The notes beneath the pieces were generated by a model, which worked only from the letters and a program-made list of their open reading frames with translations, made no database searches and was not told where the DNA came from. 64,000 bases of DNA from an uncultured delta proteobacterium (GTDB taxonomy: Bacteria; Desulfobacterota; Binatia; UBA9968), in contig CAVUZH010000016.1 of NCBI GenBank assembly GCA_963745835.1, positions 64,001-128,000 of the forward strand. The letters are read 5' to 3'. The position numbers and the translations under genes were made by a program. Every line of letters starts with the position of its first letter. Positions within the stretch are counted from its first letter, which is position 1. This document shows positions 39,801 through 49,932 of this stretch, in pieces.

Positions 39801-40085
39801 CCGAATGATAGCTGATGGCGATCGATGCGGACGCTAGAACCGGTCTTCCTTCTCCATTCTCCCCACCGCTCTGTCCTCGACTAAGTCTTCCGCTTGGGAC
39901 GGCAATCTTCTCGTTCTTCGGCACCGAACAGCCGGATGACAGTACATCTAAAAGCAACTGCCGCAACTTTTTTGCTCATCATATGTTTTCAACTTCTCTT
40001 AAGCCCTTCATCTTCCCGCCCGTGAGTGGGATAATCAGACAACTTCGAAGATGCAGCTGGGTTCAAGTCTGCTCTTTCTCATTCG

Positions 40086-41360
40086 ATGCGATTAAATTTT
40101 TCCGCTTCATCGCCGCTATGGCGCTCACTGCGCCATCGCAATTACCGGCTCTATCTTACCGGCCAGCTGGTCTCGGTCTGTGGAACCTGGATGCAGCAGG
40201 TGGCGCTGAGTTGGCTGGTCTATCGCCTTACCGGATCGGCGACCTTGCTCGGCATCGTCGGCTTTGCATCGCAAATCCCGATCTTGGTTTTGGGCCCAAT
40301 CGGCGGCGTAATCAACGATCGCTACTCCACTCACCGGGTCGCCATATGGACGCAATGCGCGGCCTTGGCTCAAGCGCTGCTGCTCGCATTGCTGGCCCTG
40401 ACCGGTTGGATACAGCCAGTCCATATAATCCTGTTGGGAATCGCGCTGGGAGTCGTCTATGCGTTCGATATGCCCGCGCGCCAAGCTTTGGTGCATCGAT
40501 TAGTCGATACAGAAGACTTGGCCAATGCGGTAGCGCTTAATTCTTCGATGATCAACGCGGCGCGAATTGTCGGACCCGCGCTTGCCGGGCTGGTCGTCGC
40601 CAGGTTCGGCGAAGGCATCTGTTTCGTTATCAACGCGGCGAGTTATGTAGCGACCATTGTGGCATTACTCAAGATGAAATTCGCCGAGCCGCCGCGTCGC
40701 GACTCGACCGTAACCTCCATCAGTCGCTCGTTGATTGAAGGTTACCAGTACACGATGGCAACCACGCCGATACGCGATCTGCTGATTCTATTGGGCGTGG
40801 TCGGCGTTATGGGCATGCCCTATATGACACTGATGCCGGTGTTTGCGGCGCAAGTCCATGGGAGCGGCGCGGATACCCTCGGGATTATGTTCGGAGCGGT
40901 CGGTCTTGGCGCGCTCACCGGCGCGCTCTTTCTCGCTCAAAGAAAAAACATCATCGGACTTGGCCGGGTGATTGTCTTCGCCACCCTGGGATTCGGCGTG
41001 GGACTCGTTTGTTTCACGGTATCGCAGATGTTTTGGCTGTCACTGCTGCTTCTTGTCGGAGTGGGCTATGGCTGGATGGTCTTGATCGCCGCGAGCAACA
41101 CGGTGCTGCAAACCCTTGCCGATAACCAGATGCGCGGCAGGGTGATGAGCCTGTTCTCGATGATGCTCGTCGGCATGGCGCCATTCGGCAGCTTGCTGGC
41201 AGGATGGGCCGCTGACCAGGTGGGCGCTCCCATGGTGGTCGCAATCGGCGGCGGCTTTTGCGCCATCGCCGGAATCGTTTTCGCCAGGCGATTACCCGGG
41301 CTACGGGAGGCGGCAAAGCCGATCTTGGCCGCCCGCGGGATTATTCTAGAAACAAAGTGA
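40086..41360 (+). CDS. MFS transporter (MFS_3/EntS-like)
   Basis: SLRHRNYRLY, GTWMQQVALSWLVY, FDMPARQA, NAARIVGPALAG, MRGRVMS; about 12 TM segments. Confidence 0.9.
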   Translation: MRLNFSASSPLWRSLRHRNYRLYLTGQLVSVCGTWMQQVALSWLVYRLTGSATLLGIVGFASQIPILVLGPIGGVINDRYSTHRVAIWTQCAALAQALLLALLALTGWIQPVHIILLGIALGVVYAFDMPARQALVHRLVDTEDLANAVALNSSMINAARIVGPALAGLVVARFGEGICFVINAASYVATIVALLKMKFAEPPRRDSTVTSISRSLIEGYQYTMATTPIRDLLILLGVVGVMGMPYMTLMPVFAAQVHGSGADTLGIMFGAVGLGALTGALFLAQRKNIIGLGRVIVFATLGFGVGLVCFTVSQMFWLSLLLLVGVGYGWMVLIAASNTVLQTLADNQMRGRVMSLFSMMLVGMAPFGSLLAGWAADQVGAPMVVAIGGGFCAIAGIVFARRLPGLREAAKPILAARGIILETK

Positions 41361-41486
41361 AGGAAGTCTTTCCGACATTTGAGATTCTTCGGGCAAGTAA
41401 CATCCACCCGCCTGATGATACGGATCCCCATTGACATAAAGCAGCTGCGCGCTCCTGGAACGGGAGCGTAGCGACACACAACAGAT

Positions 41487-41642
41487 CAGCAGGTTGATGA
41501 AAAACCCGAATTGCAGGCTGCTCAAAAAGATCTCAGAGCCGAGGCGCGCGACAAATCGACGAGCGGAGGCGTACTAAGCGAGTACGTTGACGTGAGGCGA
41601 TTGAGCGCAACGAAGGATTGAGTCTTTTTCAGCAGGCTGCTA
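41487..41642 (+). repeat. Intact MITE-like repeat with imperfect TIRs (CAGCAGGTTGATGAAAAA / TTTTTCAGCAGGCTGCTA)
   Basis: Homologous to the split copy at 25854/27503 and the inverted copy at 52032. Its right end overlaps the TAG stop of the adjacent gene. Confidence 0.85.
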
Positions 41643-43760
41643 CAGCACCCCCGCTCCCCGCGCCCATTTGTACTTGGCGCCCAGCACCGCGACGGGCAAT
41701 TCCGTCGTATATGGATAAGCGACAATGCCGCGCTCGTAGAGATACTCGCTCGCTTCTTCGACCTGCACGTCGCCGACCAGCGACGCGACCACCGGTTTGT
41801 CGATGCCTTTATCGCGCGCTTCTTGGACGACTTCGGCGCACAGTTTAGCGAATACCATGGGCGGCGTGATGATCGTGTGCCAGTATCCGAGGATCAGCGA
41901 ATCGATGCGCGGTTCGCCCAGCGCATAGCGAATGGTATTTGCATAGGTTGTCGGCGGCTCGCCGCCGGTAATGTCAATGGGATTGCCGGCGGCGCCGAAA
42001 GGCGGAATAAATTTTCGAAACGCAGCGTCGAGATCCGGCGGCATTTTCATCAAGGACAAGCCGTTGTCGACGCATGCGTCCGACAACAATACGCCCGATC
42101 CGCCGGCGCCGGTAATGATCACGACGTTCTCTCCTTTGGGATTCGGCAGCACCTGCAGGCCGCGAGCGAATTGCAGCATGTCATTTAAACTTTTCGCCCG
42201 GACGACGCCGCATTGTCGCAGCACGTCATCATAGATCTTATCGTTTCCCGCCAGCGCCCCCGTATGCGACGCCGCGGCGCGCGCGCCCAGCGCCGTACGC
42301 CCGGCTTTGAGCACGACCACCGGCTTCTTTTTCGACACCCGGCTCGCTATCTCGGCGAACGAACGGCCGTCCTTTAGATCCTCGCAGTGCATCGCGATGA
42401 CTTGGGTGTTATCGTCCTGTTCGAAATAAGTCAGGAGATCGTCTTCATCGAGATCCGACTTGTTGCCAAGACCGACGATGGCCGATACTCCCATCTTCGT
42501 GGAGCGCGAAAATCCGATAATCGACATGCCGACCCCGCCCGACTGCGAGCTGAGCGCGACTTTACCCTTTACGTCGTAGGGCGTGCAAAAAGTCGCGCAG
42601 AGATTTTGCGGCGTATAGTAAAAGCCGTAGATATTCGGGCCCATGACCCGCACGTTGTGCTTGCGCGCCACTCCAAGCAGCTCGTCCTGCAGCGCCTGCT
42701 CACCGATCTCGGCAAAACCCGAGGGGATCATGACGGCGCCGGGAATTTTCTTTTGCCCGACTTCCTGCATCGCCGCGGCGCAAAATTTAGCCGGGATCGC
42801 GAACACCGCCACATCGATTTCCCCGTCCACTTTGAGCACGCTTGGGTACGCCTTGCGCCCGAGGATTTCGCCGGCCTTGGGATGAATCGGCAAGATCGCT
42901 CCTTGATAGCCGCCGTTGATAAGATTTTTCATCACGGAATTGCCGATCTTGCCGTCTTCCGCCGAGGCGCCGATCACGGCGACAGAACGGGGATTCATGA
43001 TGCGCTGCATAGCTGCGAGAATTTCGCTCTGACTGTAGCGCTGCCGCGATTGTGGCGGCTCTCCTAGGACGATCCGCACGTCCACGGCACTGGCTCCCGT
43101 ATCCGTGGCAAAGATCGGGTTCAAATCAACCTCGTGAATTTCTGGAAAATCAGTCACCAGCTTTGACACTTTCGAGATGATGTCGGCCAGCGCCGCGCGA
43201 TCGACGCCTTTACCGCCGCGCACGCCGCGCAGAACCTCAGCGGCTGCGATAGAATCAAGCATTGCCAGCGCCTCGGTTTCGCTCACTGGGGCCATGCGAA
43301 AGGTAATGTCTTTCATCACTTCGACCAGAACTCCGCCAAGACCAAAGGCGATCATTTTACCGAAGGTGGCATCGGTCACGGCGCCAACCATGACTTCCTG
43401 GCCGCCTTTGAGCATTTGCTGGACCTGCACGCCCTGTATGCTGACGTTGCTGTTGTACTGCTTGGCATTGTTGACGAGCTGTTCGAACCCCGCCCGAACA
43501 TCTGCTGCGTTCTCCAGTCCAACGATAACGCCACCCGCTTCGGTTTTGTGAAGGATATCGCCCGAAACTATTTTCAAAACGACGGGGAAGCCCAACGCCG
43601 CGGCTACTTCCGCTGCCTTTGACGCTGTTGTTGCCAGCGCTTGCTTCGGCGTAGAGATTCCGTACGCTTCGCAGAATTGCTGCGCCTCGGGCGCGGTCAG
43701 AGCGCGCCGCCCGGCAGCCAGAGCAGAGTTGATAACGGTGCGTAAGCCTTCATCGTTCAT
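41640..43760 (-). CDS. Acetate--CoA ligase (ADP-forming) family protein, ATP-grasp N-terminal
   Basis: FPVVLKIVS..HKTEAGGV, FGLGGV, DLNP; then PRSVAVIGAS, GPN, SQSGG, ASHTGALAG (phospho-His), NPIDITG. Confidence 0.9.
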   Translation of the reverse strand: MNDEGLRTVINSALAAGRRALTAPEAQQFCEAYGISTPKQALATTASKAAEVAAALGFPVVLKIVSGDILHKTEAGGVIVGLENAADVRAGFEQLVNNAKQYNSNVSIQGVQVQQMLKGGQEVMVGAVTDATFGKMIAFGLGGVLVEVMKDITFRMAPVSETEALAMLDSIAAAEVLRGVRGGKGVDRAALADIISKVSKLVTDFPEIHEVDLNPIFATDTGASAVDVRIVLGEPPQSRQRYSQSEILAAMQRIMNPRSVAVIGASAEDGKIGNSVMKNLINGGYQGAILPIHPKAGEILGRKAYPSVLKVDGEIDVAVFAIPAKFCAAAMQEVGQKKIPGAVMIPSGFAEIGEQALQDELLGVARKHNVRVMGPNIYGFYYTPQNLCATFCTPYDVKGKVALSSQSGGVGMSIIGFSRSTKMGVSAIVGLGNKSDLDEDDLLTYFEQDDNTQVIAMHCEDLKDGRSFAEIASRVSKKKPVVVLKAGRTALGARAAASHTGALAGNDKIYDDVLRQCGVVRAKSLNDMLQFARGLQVLPNPKGENVVIITGAGGSGVLLSDACVDNGLSLMKMPPDLDAAFRKFIPPFGAAGNPIDITGGEPPTTYANTIRYALGEPRIDSLILGYWHTIITPPMVFAKLCAEVVQEARDKGIDKPVVASLVGDVQVEEASEYLYERGIVAYPYTTELPVAVLGAKYKWARGAGVL

Positions 43761-44052
43761 CGGAACCTCCGAGACTTCGTTATGCGATTGTTAAATTAAG
43801 CTCAGGCAGCAAAAACTGAGCGTCCTTGGCTAACGGCTGTGTTATTCGTTTTGATTGACTCCGGAGAATTGTGAACGGAAAAAAATTTCTCGCTGATGTT
43901 ACCCTGAGGCCCACCGAAGGGCTCGAAAAGACATCGCAGAATTTAAGTGAACCACGTGGCATGTCCAAGGATGGTGAGGGTTTTAGCTCGAAGTTCACTT
44001 GGCCGATCCCCGATGCACTTATACCAAGCAGCGTTGTCGCCATCGCGCGAGA

Positions 44053-45294
44053 TTAGATCGCGCCTTCGTTTTGGGCCTCTTCGATCTCATCGTCATCCAG
44101 ACCCAAGACGGATTCCAATATCTCGCCGGTGTGCTCGCCCAACAGCGGCGAACGCTTAACTTCCGTCGGTGAATCCGAGAGCTTGATCGGGTTCCCAACG
44201 GTGAGAAATTTGCCGCGCTTGGGGTGATTCACTTCGACAACCGTGCCGGTTTCGCGCAAAGACCGCTCCGCGGCAATTTCGCGCATGTCGAGGATCGGCC
44301 CGCATGGGATGTCGAATTCGTTGAGCGTGCGCATCACTTCCAGTTTATCGAGACTCATTGTCCACTGCTCGATGATCTCAAAACATTTATCGAGCTTCGG
44401 TAGGCGCTTCTCCGGTGTCGCCCATTCGGGATCGGTGATCAATTCGGGCCGGCCGCAGAGCTTCATCAGCGGTTCCCAGCCTACCGGCTGGATGATGACG
44501 TAGATGTAGTCGTTCGCCCCGCCGCCTTTGGTGCGCACCGCCGATCCCGGCTGCCCGCCGCCGGACGCGTTGCCGGCGCGCGGCACGGCGGCGCCGAAAA
44601 CTCCGTTCGGGTATTGCGGATATTCGGTCAGCGGTCCGGCCGCAAGTCTCTGCTGGTCGCGCAGCTTGACCCGGCAGAGATTTAATACGGCGTCCTGCAT
44701 CGCGCAGGTAACGCGTTGTCCTCTGCCGGTCTTCTCACGCTGGAAGAGTGCCGCGAGAATGCCCGCCGCCAGGTGGACGCCGGTGCCCGAGTCGCCGATC
44801 TGCGCGCCGGTGACGAGCGGCGGGCCATCGTCGAAGCCGGTGGTACTGGCCGCGCCACCGGTACACTGAGCGACGTTTTCATAAACTTTGCAGTCTTCAA
44901 ACGGACCGGGGCCAAAGCCCTTGACCGATGCGTAAATGATCCGAGGATTGAGCCCCTGAATGGCTTCCCAAGTAAAGCCTTGACGGTCCAGCGCGCCGGG
45001 CGCGAAGTTTTCCACCAAAACGTCGCAACGGCGAATTAGCTCGCGGAAAATCTCTTTGCCTTTTTTAGTCTTGGTGTTGAGCGTGATGCTCCGTTTGTTG
45101 CAGTTGAGCATCGTGAAATAAAGGCTGTCGACATTCGGCTTGTCGCGCAATTGGCCGCGCGTAATGTCGCCGCGGCCAGGCAGTTCCACCTTAATCACGT
45201 CGGCGCCGAACCAGGCCAAGAGTTGCGTGCAAGTAGGTCCGGATTGCACATGGGTCATGTCGAGAATACGAACTCCATCGAGCGCTTTTCCCAT
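44053..45294 (-). CDS. frc: Formyl-CoA transferase
   Basis: [48 protein letters not shown] (catalytic Asp), [10 protein letters not shown] glycine loop. Confidence 0.93.
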   Translation of the reverse strand: MGKALDGVRILDMTHVQSGPTCTQLLAWFGADVIKVELPGRGDITRGQLRDKPNVDSLYFTMLNCNKRSITLNTKTKKGKEIFRELIRRCDVLVENFAPGALDRQGFTWEAIQGLNPRIIYASVKGFGPGPFEDCKVYENVAQCTGGAASTTGFDDGPPLVTGAQIGDSGTGVHLAAGILAALFQREKTGRGQRVTCAMQDAVLNLCRVKLRDQQRLAAGPLTEYPQYPNGVFGAAVPRAGNASGGGQPGSAVRTKGGGANDYIYVIIQPVGWEPLMKLCGRPELITDPEWATPEKRLPKLDKCFEIIEQWTMSLDKLEVMRTLNEFDIPCGPILDMREIAAERSLRETGTVVEVNHPKRGKFLTVGNPIKLSDSPTEVKRSPLLGEHTGEILESVLGLDDDEIEEAQNEGAI

Positions 45295-45326
45295 CGATGT
45301 GTTTACTCCTTAAGAAAATTCAATCT

Positions 45327-45519
45327 CACCACGAAGATCACGAAGGACACGAAGATTTCAGATAATCAGCTTCAATTTCGAAAATCCGAATATCGAAATT
45401 CGAAACAATTTCAAAAATCCGAGAAAATTCAAAACTCAATCGGGCGCGAGACTGCTGAAACATTCGATCTTTTGTCATTTCCAAATTGTTTCGACTTTCG
45501 CATTTCGTGCTTCGAATTT
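45327..45519. repeat. Nested periodic intergenic repeats: 9-nt CACGAAG(N2) x3 and a 7-nt-periodic inverted repeat
   Basis: CACGAAGAT-CACGAAGGA-CACGAAGAT (45330-45356); AAATCCGAATATCGAAATTCGAAACAATTT ... AAATTGTTTCGACTTTCGCATTTCGTGCTTCGAATTT. Confidence 0.65.
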
Positions 45520-45559
45520 ATTGTTAAGCCTTTGGCCTTGCGCGAGCATCTCCGATTTT

Positions 45560-47278
45560 CTATTTGTACATTGTTTGCGCTTTGGTGCCGGGCGCATACT
45601 CATTGATATCGACCCAGATGTTGACGATCGCGCATTGACCGCCAGCAACACGCTCGCGCGCCTTCTCCAGCGCGGGGCGAATCTGACCCGGCTCACGCAC
45701 CGCAATGCCCCAGCCGCCGAAGCACTCAGCAAATTTTTCGAAATCCACGTCGCCGAGCTTATTACCGACACAGCCGCGCTCGGGACCGTATTTACCGATT
45801 TGGCCGCAGCGGATCTGGTTCATGGCCGAGTTGTTGCCGATCACGGCAAGATAAGGCAGGCCGAAACGCTGCGCCGTTTCCATGTCCCACGACGTCATGC
45901 CGAAGGAACCATCGCCGTAGTAGCAGAGCACTTCTTTCTTGGGATGGACGAATTTCGTCGCCATGGCGAAGGAGGTGCCGACTCCCAGCGTACCGAGCGG
46001 CCCGGGATCCATCCAATTGCCGGCTTTGCGCGGTTCCACCGCGGTCGCGGTGATCGTAACCACATCGCCGCCGTCGCCGATGTAAACGGTGTTGTCCGTT
46101 AGAAACTCGTTGATCTCATAGGCAACCCGGTACGGATTGATCGGCGTCGATTCGGATTTAAACGACGGCAAGAGTTTTTCGTAGGCTTTGCCTTCCGCAG
46201 CGCGCAATTCTTTCATCCACTCAGCGCGTTGTGCATTGCCCTTCGCTGCACGGCCCGACGCCGCTTGCTCGACCGCTTTGAGAATCGCGCCGCAATCACC
46301 GACGAGCCCCAGGGATATATCGCGATTCTTACCGACGTTGCGGTAATCCAAATCGATTTGCACGACCGTCGCATCGGCACGCAACCGCCGGCCGTAACCG
46401 AGACGAAAATCGAATGGGCTGCCGACGATAAGGATCACGTCGGCCTTGTCGAACGCAAGCCGCCGTGTTCGGTTAAAGCCATGCGGATCGCCGGGGGCGA
46501 AAACGCCGCGCGCCGACCCGTTCATATAGCCAGGAATATTGAGCGCGCGGCAAAACTCCACCGCCGCATCATGCCCTCGGCAGGTCCAAACTTGCGTGCC
46601 GAATAGCGCCGCCGGACGCTCGGCCTTGACTAAAATATCGGCGAGCCGCTCGATATCCGCGGGATCGCCCACCGATTTAGTCGAGGCGCGATAGGCGCCG
46701 GGTTTGGGAACCCGCGCTCGCTCCAGCGGCACCTTGGCATCAAGCACGTCGCGGGGGATTTCCAAATAGCTCGGTCCCGGGGCGCCGTTGACCGATTCGC
46801 GGAACGCCATTGAAACCATGTCGGCAATCCGTTCCGTGTGCGGCACACTCGCAGCAAACTTGGTTATCGGCGACATGAAGTCCACGTGTGGCAAATCCTG
46901 CAGCGATCCCATCTTGTGCTGACTCAGCGCCCCTTGCCCGCCGATCATGAGAAGCGGGCTTTCGGCGCGAAAGGCATTGGCGATGCCGGTCATGGCGTTG
47001 GTGGTGCCGGGCCCCGCGGTCGTCACCACGCAGCCGATTTTGCCGCTCTGGCGCGAGTAACCGTCGGCGGCGTGCGCGGCAACCTGCTCATGGCGCACGT
47101 CGATGATTTTGATGCCTTCGTCGATGCAGCCGTCGTAGATATCGATGATATGACCGCCGCAGAGCGTCCAGATAACCTCGACGCCTTCATTCTTGAGCGC
47201 TTTGGCAACCAAATGCCCGCCGGAGATAACCGGACCGGTCGTTTCCTTTTTCGCATCGACATTAACTGATTGAGCCAT
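45560..47278 (-). CDS. TPP-dependent lyase, oxalyl-CoA decarboxylase / 2-hydroxyacyl-CoA lyase-like
   Basis: TLCGGHI, DVRHEQVAAHAADG, TAGPG, DPGPLGTLGVG, GDGSFG...NNS TPP motif; located directly upstream of frc. Confidence 0.8.
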   Translation of the reverse strand: MAQSVNVDAKKETTGPVISGGHLVAKALKNEGVEVIWTLCGGHIIDIYDGCIDEGIKIIDVRHEQVAAHAADGYSRQSGKIGCVVTTAGPGTTNAMTGIANAFRAESPLLMIGGQGALSQHKMGSLQDLPHVDFMSPITKFAASVPHTERIADMVSMAFRESVNGAPGPSYLEIPRDVLDAKVPLERARVPKPGAYRASTKSVGDPADIERLADILVKAERPAALFGTQVWTCRGHDAAVEFCRALNIPGYMNGSARGVFAPGDPHGFNRTRRLAFDKADVILIVGSPFDFRLGYGRRLRADATVVQIDLDYRNVGKNRDISLGLVGDCGAILKAVEQAASGRAAKGNAQRAEWMKELRAAEGKAYEKLLPSFKSESTPINPYRVAYEINEFLTDNTVYIGDGGDVVTITATAVEPRKAGNWMDPGPLGTLGVGTSFAMATKFVHPKKEVLCYYGDGSFGMTSWDMETAQRFGLPYLAVIGNNSAMNQIRCGQIGKYGPERGCVGNKLGDVDFEKFAECFGGWGIAVREPGQIRPALEKARERVAGGQCAIVNIWVDINEYAPGTKAQTMYK

Positions 47279-47615
47279 AGTTCCTCCTTCCTGGTTTTCG
47301 TATCCGGATACCGCGCTAGTTTAGATGCAGTAACCCGTAGCGCACTCGTGTCAATTCCGACTGCGCCGCGCCGCCCAAGGGGCAAGCAGGCAACGGATTT
47401 TAAAACGAACGAAGCTTAAAGGACCTATTGAGGGTAAGTTGAAACCACGCGGTTCTACCGGCGGGATGCACTTTCCTCTTCCGTATTAGCTTTGGCGCCT
47501 TGTATCTATACTAACATATAGAATACCGCTTTCGGGCTCAAGCTTCTGTTAATCCAGATCAGACACACCGAAATCGGCTTCGGATTCCGATACAGGCCGC
47601 AAAGGCTGGCTTAAA

Positions 47616-47650
47616 TCCCCGCCGACCCTTAATCTCGGAGCGGCGGGATA
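47616..47650 (-). terminator. Possible intrinsic terminator after oxidoreductase beta subunit
   Basis: Hairpin TCCCCGCCG / CGGCGGGA about 25 nt downstream of the stop; the U-tract is weak. Confidence 0.35.
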
Positions 47651-47674
47651 GTTTTGACGCAGGCGAAAAACAAT

Positions 47675-48673
47675 TTAAATTCGCGCTTTTAGAATTCCTC
47701 GTAACGGCGCGACTCCCGGCATCTCCCATTCATCCCACATCGTGTCCACCATCTTCTGGATGTGGGTGAAGTGCTCTTCTTGGAGATGATCGAAGCGGCC
47801 CTGTTTGGTGAGAAATTCTTTCACCGGAATTCGTCCCTTGCCGGTTTTGCGCGCGTCCCAGGTGTAAATGATGTTGCCGTCGACGATTTCGTAGAGCGGA
47901 TAGATGCCGCATTTGATTCCCAACTCGCCGAGCTCGTTTGAGAAGCGAGGGTGATAGTCCCAGCCCTTTGGACATGGATCGTAGGTGTGGATGAAGGTCG
48001 GGCCACCGATGGCGAGCGCCTTTTGCACCTTGTTGAGATAGTCCGTGGGCGGAAAGGTGGCACAGGCGGTAGCGACGTAGCGGCAGGTCGGATGGCCGAC
48101 GGCGAGCATGCCGGCGACGTTCTTTTTCCAGCGCCGCTGCATGATCGGGTGCTTCGTTCCCGGAGGCGTGAACGTCGTCTGCGCGCCGAAAGTTGTCAGC
48201 CCTGTCGCCTGGATGTCGGTATTGGCGGCCGATTCGTTGTCGTACATGATAATCAGCAAGTCATAATCGCTCTGCAGCGCGGCGGAAATCCCTCCAATTC
48301 CCATATCGCCGGCGCCGAGATCGCCGGAGAAGTTGATGACATTGATCTTCTCGTCTTTGATCTTCCCCTTGCGCTTGAGCGCGCGCAGGCCCGCGGCCAT
48401 ACCCACGGCCGAAGAGCCACCGGCGCCGAGCTGGGTGTGCATCCAGGGCACGATCCAGGGCGTGGTCAAGTAAGAGGTGTTGGCCACATACATGCAGCCG
48501 GTCGCTCCCGTGACCACTGTGCGCGAACCCGCGACCTTGATAAAGCCGCGCATCGTCGTCGCCGACTCGCATCCCTGACAGGTGCGATGGCCAGAGGTGT
48601 AAAGCTCTTCCAGCGGAATTTTGTGAACGCCTTTGATCTTCTCGTAATCGATTTGTGGTGCAGTTGACGACAT
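47675..48673 (-). CDS. oorB: 2-oxoacid:ferredoxin oxidoreductase beta subunit, oxalate oxidoreductase-like
   Basis: GHRTCQGCE, ATGCMYVANTSY, YDNESAANT, DPCPKGW. Confidence 0.78.
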   Translation of the reverse strand: MSSTAPQIDYEKIKGVHKIPLEELYTSGHRTCQGCESATTMRGFIKVAGSRTVVTGATGCMYVANTSYLTTPWIVPWMHTQLGAGGSSAVGMAAGLRALKRKGKIKDEKINVINFSGDLGAGDMGIGGISAALQSDYDLLIIMYDNESAANTDIQATGLTTFGAQTTFTPPGTKHPIMQRRWKKNVAGMLAVGHPTCRYVATACATFPPTDYLNKVQKALAIGGPTFIHTYDPCPKGWDYHPRFSNELGELGIKCGIYPLYEIVDGNIIYTWDARKTGKGRIPVKEFLTKQGRFDHLQEEHFTHIQKMVDTMWDEWEMPGVAPLRGILKARI

Positions 48674-48690
48674 AATCGTTCCTTCCTATT

Positions 48691-49932
48691 TTACTCCCTT
48701 AGACCGATCCAGGTTACGAATTCGTCCATCGAATCCTTCTTGGCCGCCTGTTGCGTTATATCGTACATCTTCTGCGCGTCCGCGATCGAGAGATCGCGCC
48801 CGCCCAGGCCGCCCATGAAATTGACGATCGCAGGCCGATTTTTGGCCGGGTAGAGACAAGAGCGGACCTCGTGCATCAGGATGCCGCAATTGTCGGGCGA
48901 GCCGTGGGCGAAATCCCTATCGACCACGCCGACCGCTTTAAAGCGGCTCAAGCACTCGCGTAGCTCAACTGTCGGGAAAGGCCGGAACCAACGCAGGTTC
49001 ACGTAACCCACTTTTTGTCCCTTCTCGCGCAGCCGGCGCGCCGCCGTGCGCGCCGGAGCCGCCACCGTGCCGACGCCGATCAGGACCGCCTCCGCGTCGT
49101 CGGTCATGAATTCATCGAAGTAGTAGGGCGCGGAGTAGCGCTCGCCGAAAACTTCGTTGAATTCTTGATACGCATCCTTGATGACGCCGCGCGCCCGTTT
49201 GGCGGCCTCCCAGTTCTGGCGTCTCAGCTCCATAACCCAGTCCTCGTTGACCTGTGGGGCGACCGAGATCGGGTTGTCGGGATGAAGCCGGCGCTCGGCC
49301 AGATCGTACTGCGGGAGAAATCTCTTCGCCGCCTCCGGCGACGGAATCTTCACCATGTGCTGGGAGTGGGTGAGGAAGGCGCCGTCCATCGCCAGCCCCA
49401 TCGGCATCCTGACTTTTTTGTCCTCCGCGATGCGGTAGCCGATCAGCACGTGCTCGAGCGCTTCTTGCGGGGTTGTCACCCAGCAAAGAAGCCAGCCCAT
49501 GTCACGGACCGCCATCGCATCGTTGTGCTCGACGCCGAAGGCGCCCGGATCATCCAGAGCGCGGTTGCCCACCACGAAAAGCGGTGGGAGACGGTCGGTC
49601 GCGGTAACGACTAGCGCTTCCATACCGTACATCCAACCCGTGCCGCTCGATCCGCCGAAGGCGCGGGCGTTCACCGAGCTGGCGTGCTTGACGATCTCGA
49701 ACTGGGAGTGCTCGCTGTCCGCGATGATGTACTCCGCGTCGAACTTTCCGTCGGCGATCAGCTTCGAAAGCGCGTCCATCACCTCGGTATAGGGACGGAT
49801 CGGATAAGCGGCAATCACGTCCACGTCCGCCAGGCAGACCCCCTGCGCGACGGCCTGGCAGCCGTTTAAAAGGTCTTCCCGCTCGTAGACGCCTGATTGA
49901 TCTGATTTGGCTTTTGCGACTGCAACGCTCAT
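48691..49932 (-). CDS. oorA: Oxalate oxidoreductase alpha subunit
   Basis: AAYPIRPYTE (YPIRP instead of PFOR YPITP), DSEHSQF, RALD..G.FG.EH.D, RWFRPFP, GLGGRD. Confidence 0.8.
   Translation of the reverse strand: MSVAVAKAKSDQSGVYEREDLLNGCQAVAQGVCLADVDVIAAYPIRPYTEVMDALSKLIADGKFDAEYIIADSEHSQFEIVKHASSVNARAFGGSSGTGWMYGMEALVVTATDRLPPLFVVGNRALDDPGAFGVEHNDAMAVRDMGWLLCWVTTPQEALEHVLIGYRIAEDKKVRMPMGLAMDGAFLTHSQHMVKIPSPEAAKRFLPQYDLAERRLHPDNPISVAPQVNEDWVMELRRQNWEAAKRARGVIKDAYQEFNEVFGERYSAPYYFDEFMTDDAEAVLIGVGTVAAPARTAARRLREKGQKVGYVNLRWFRPFPTVELRECLSRFKAVGVVDRDFAHGSPDNCGILMHEVRSCLYPAKNRPAIVNFMGGLGGRDLSIADAQKMYDITQQAAKKDSMDEFVTWIGLRE

Noticed and set aside
45327-45519. Short repeats as a CRISPR array
   Set aside because: Units are 7-9 nt and abut without unique spacers; no cas genes.
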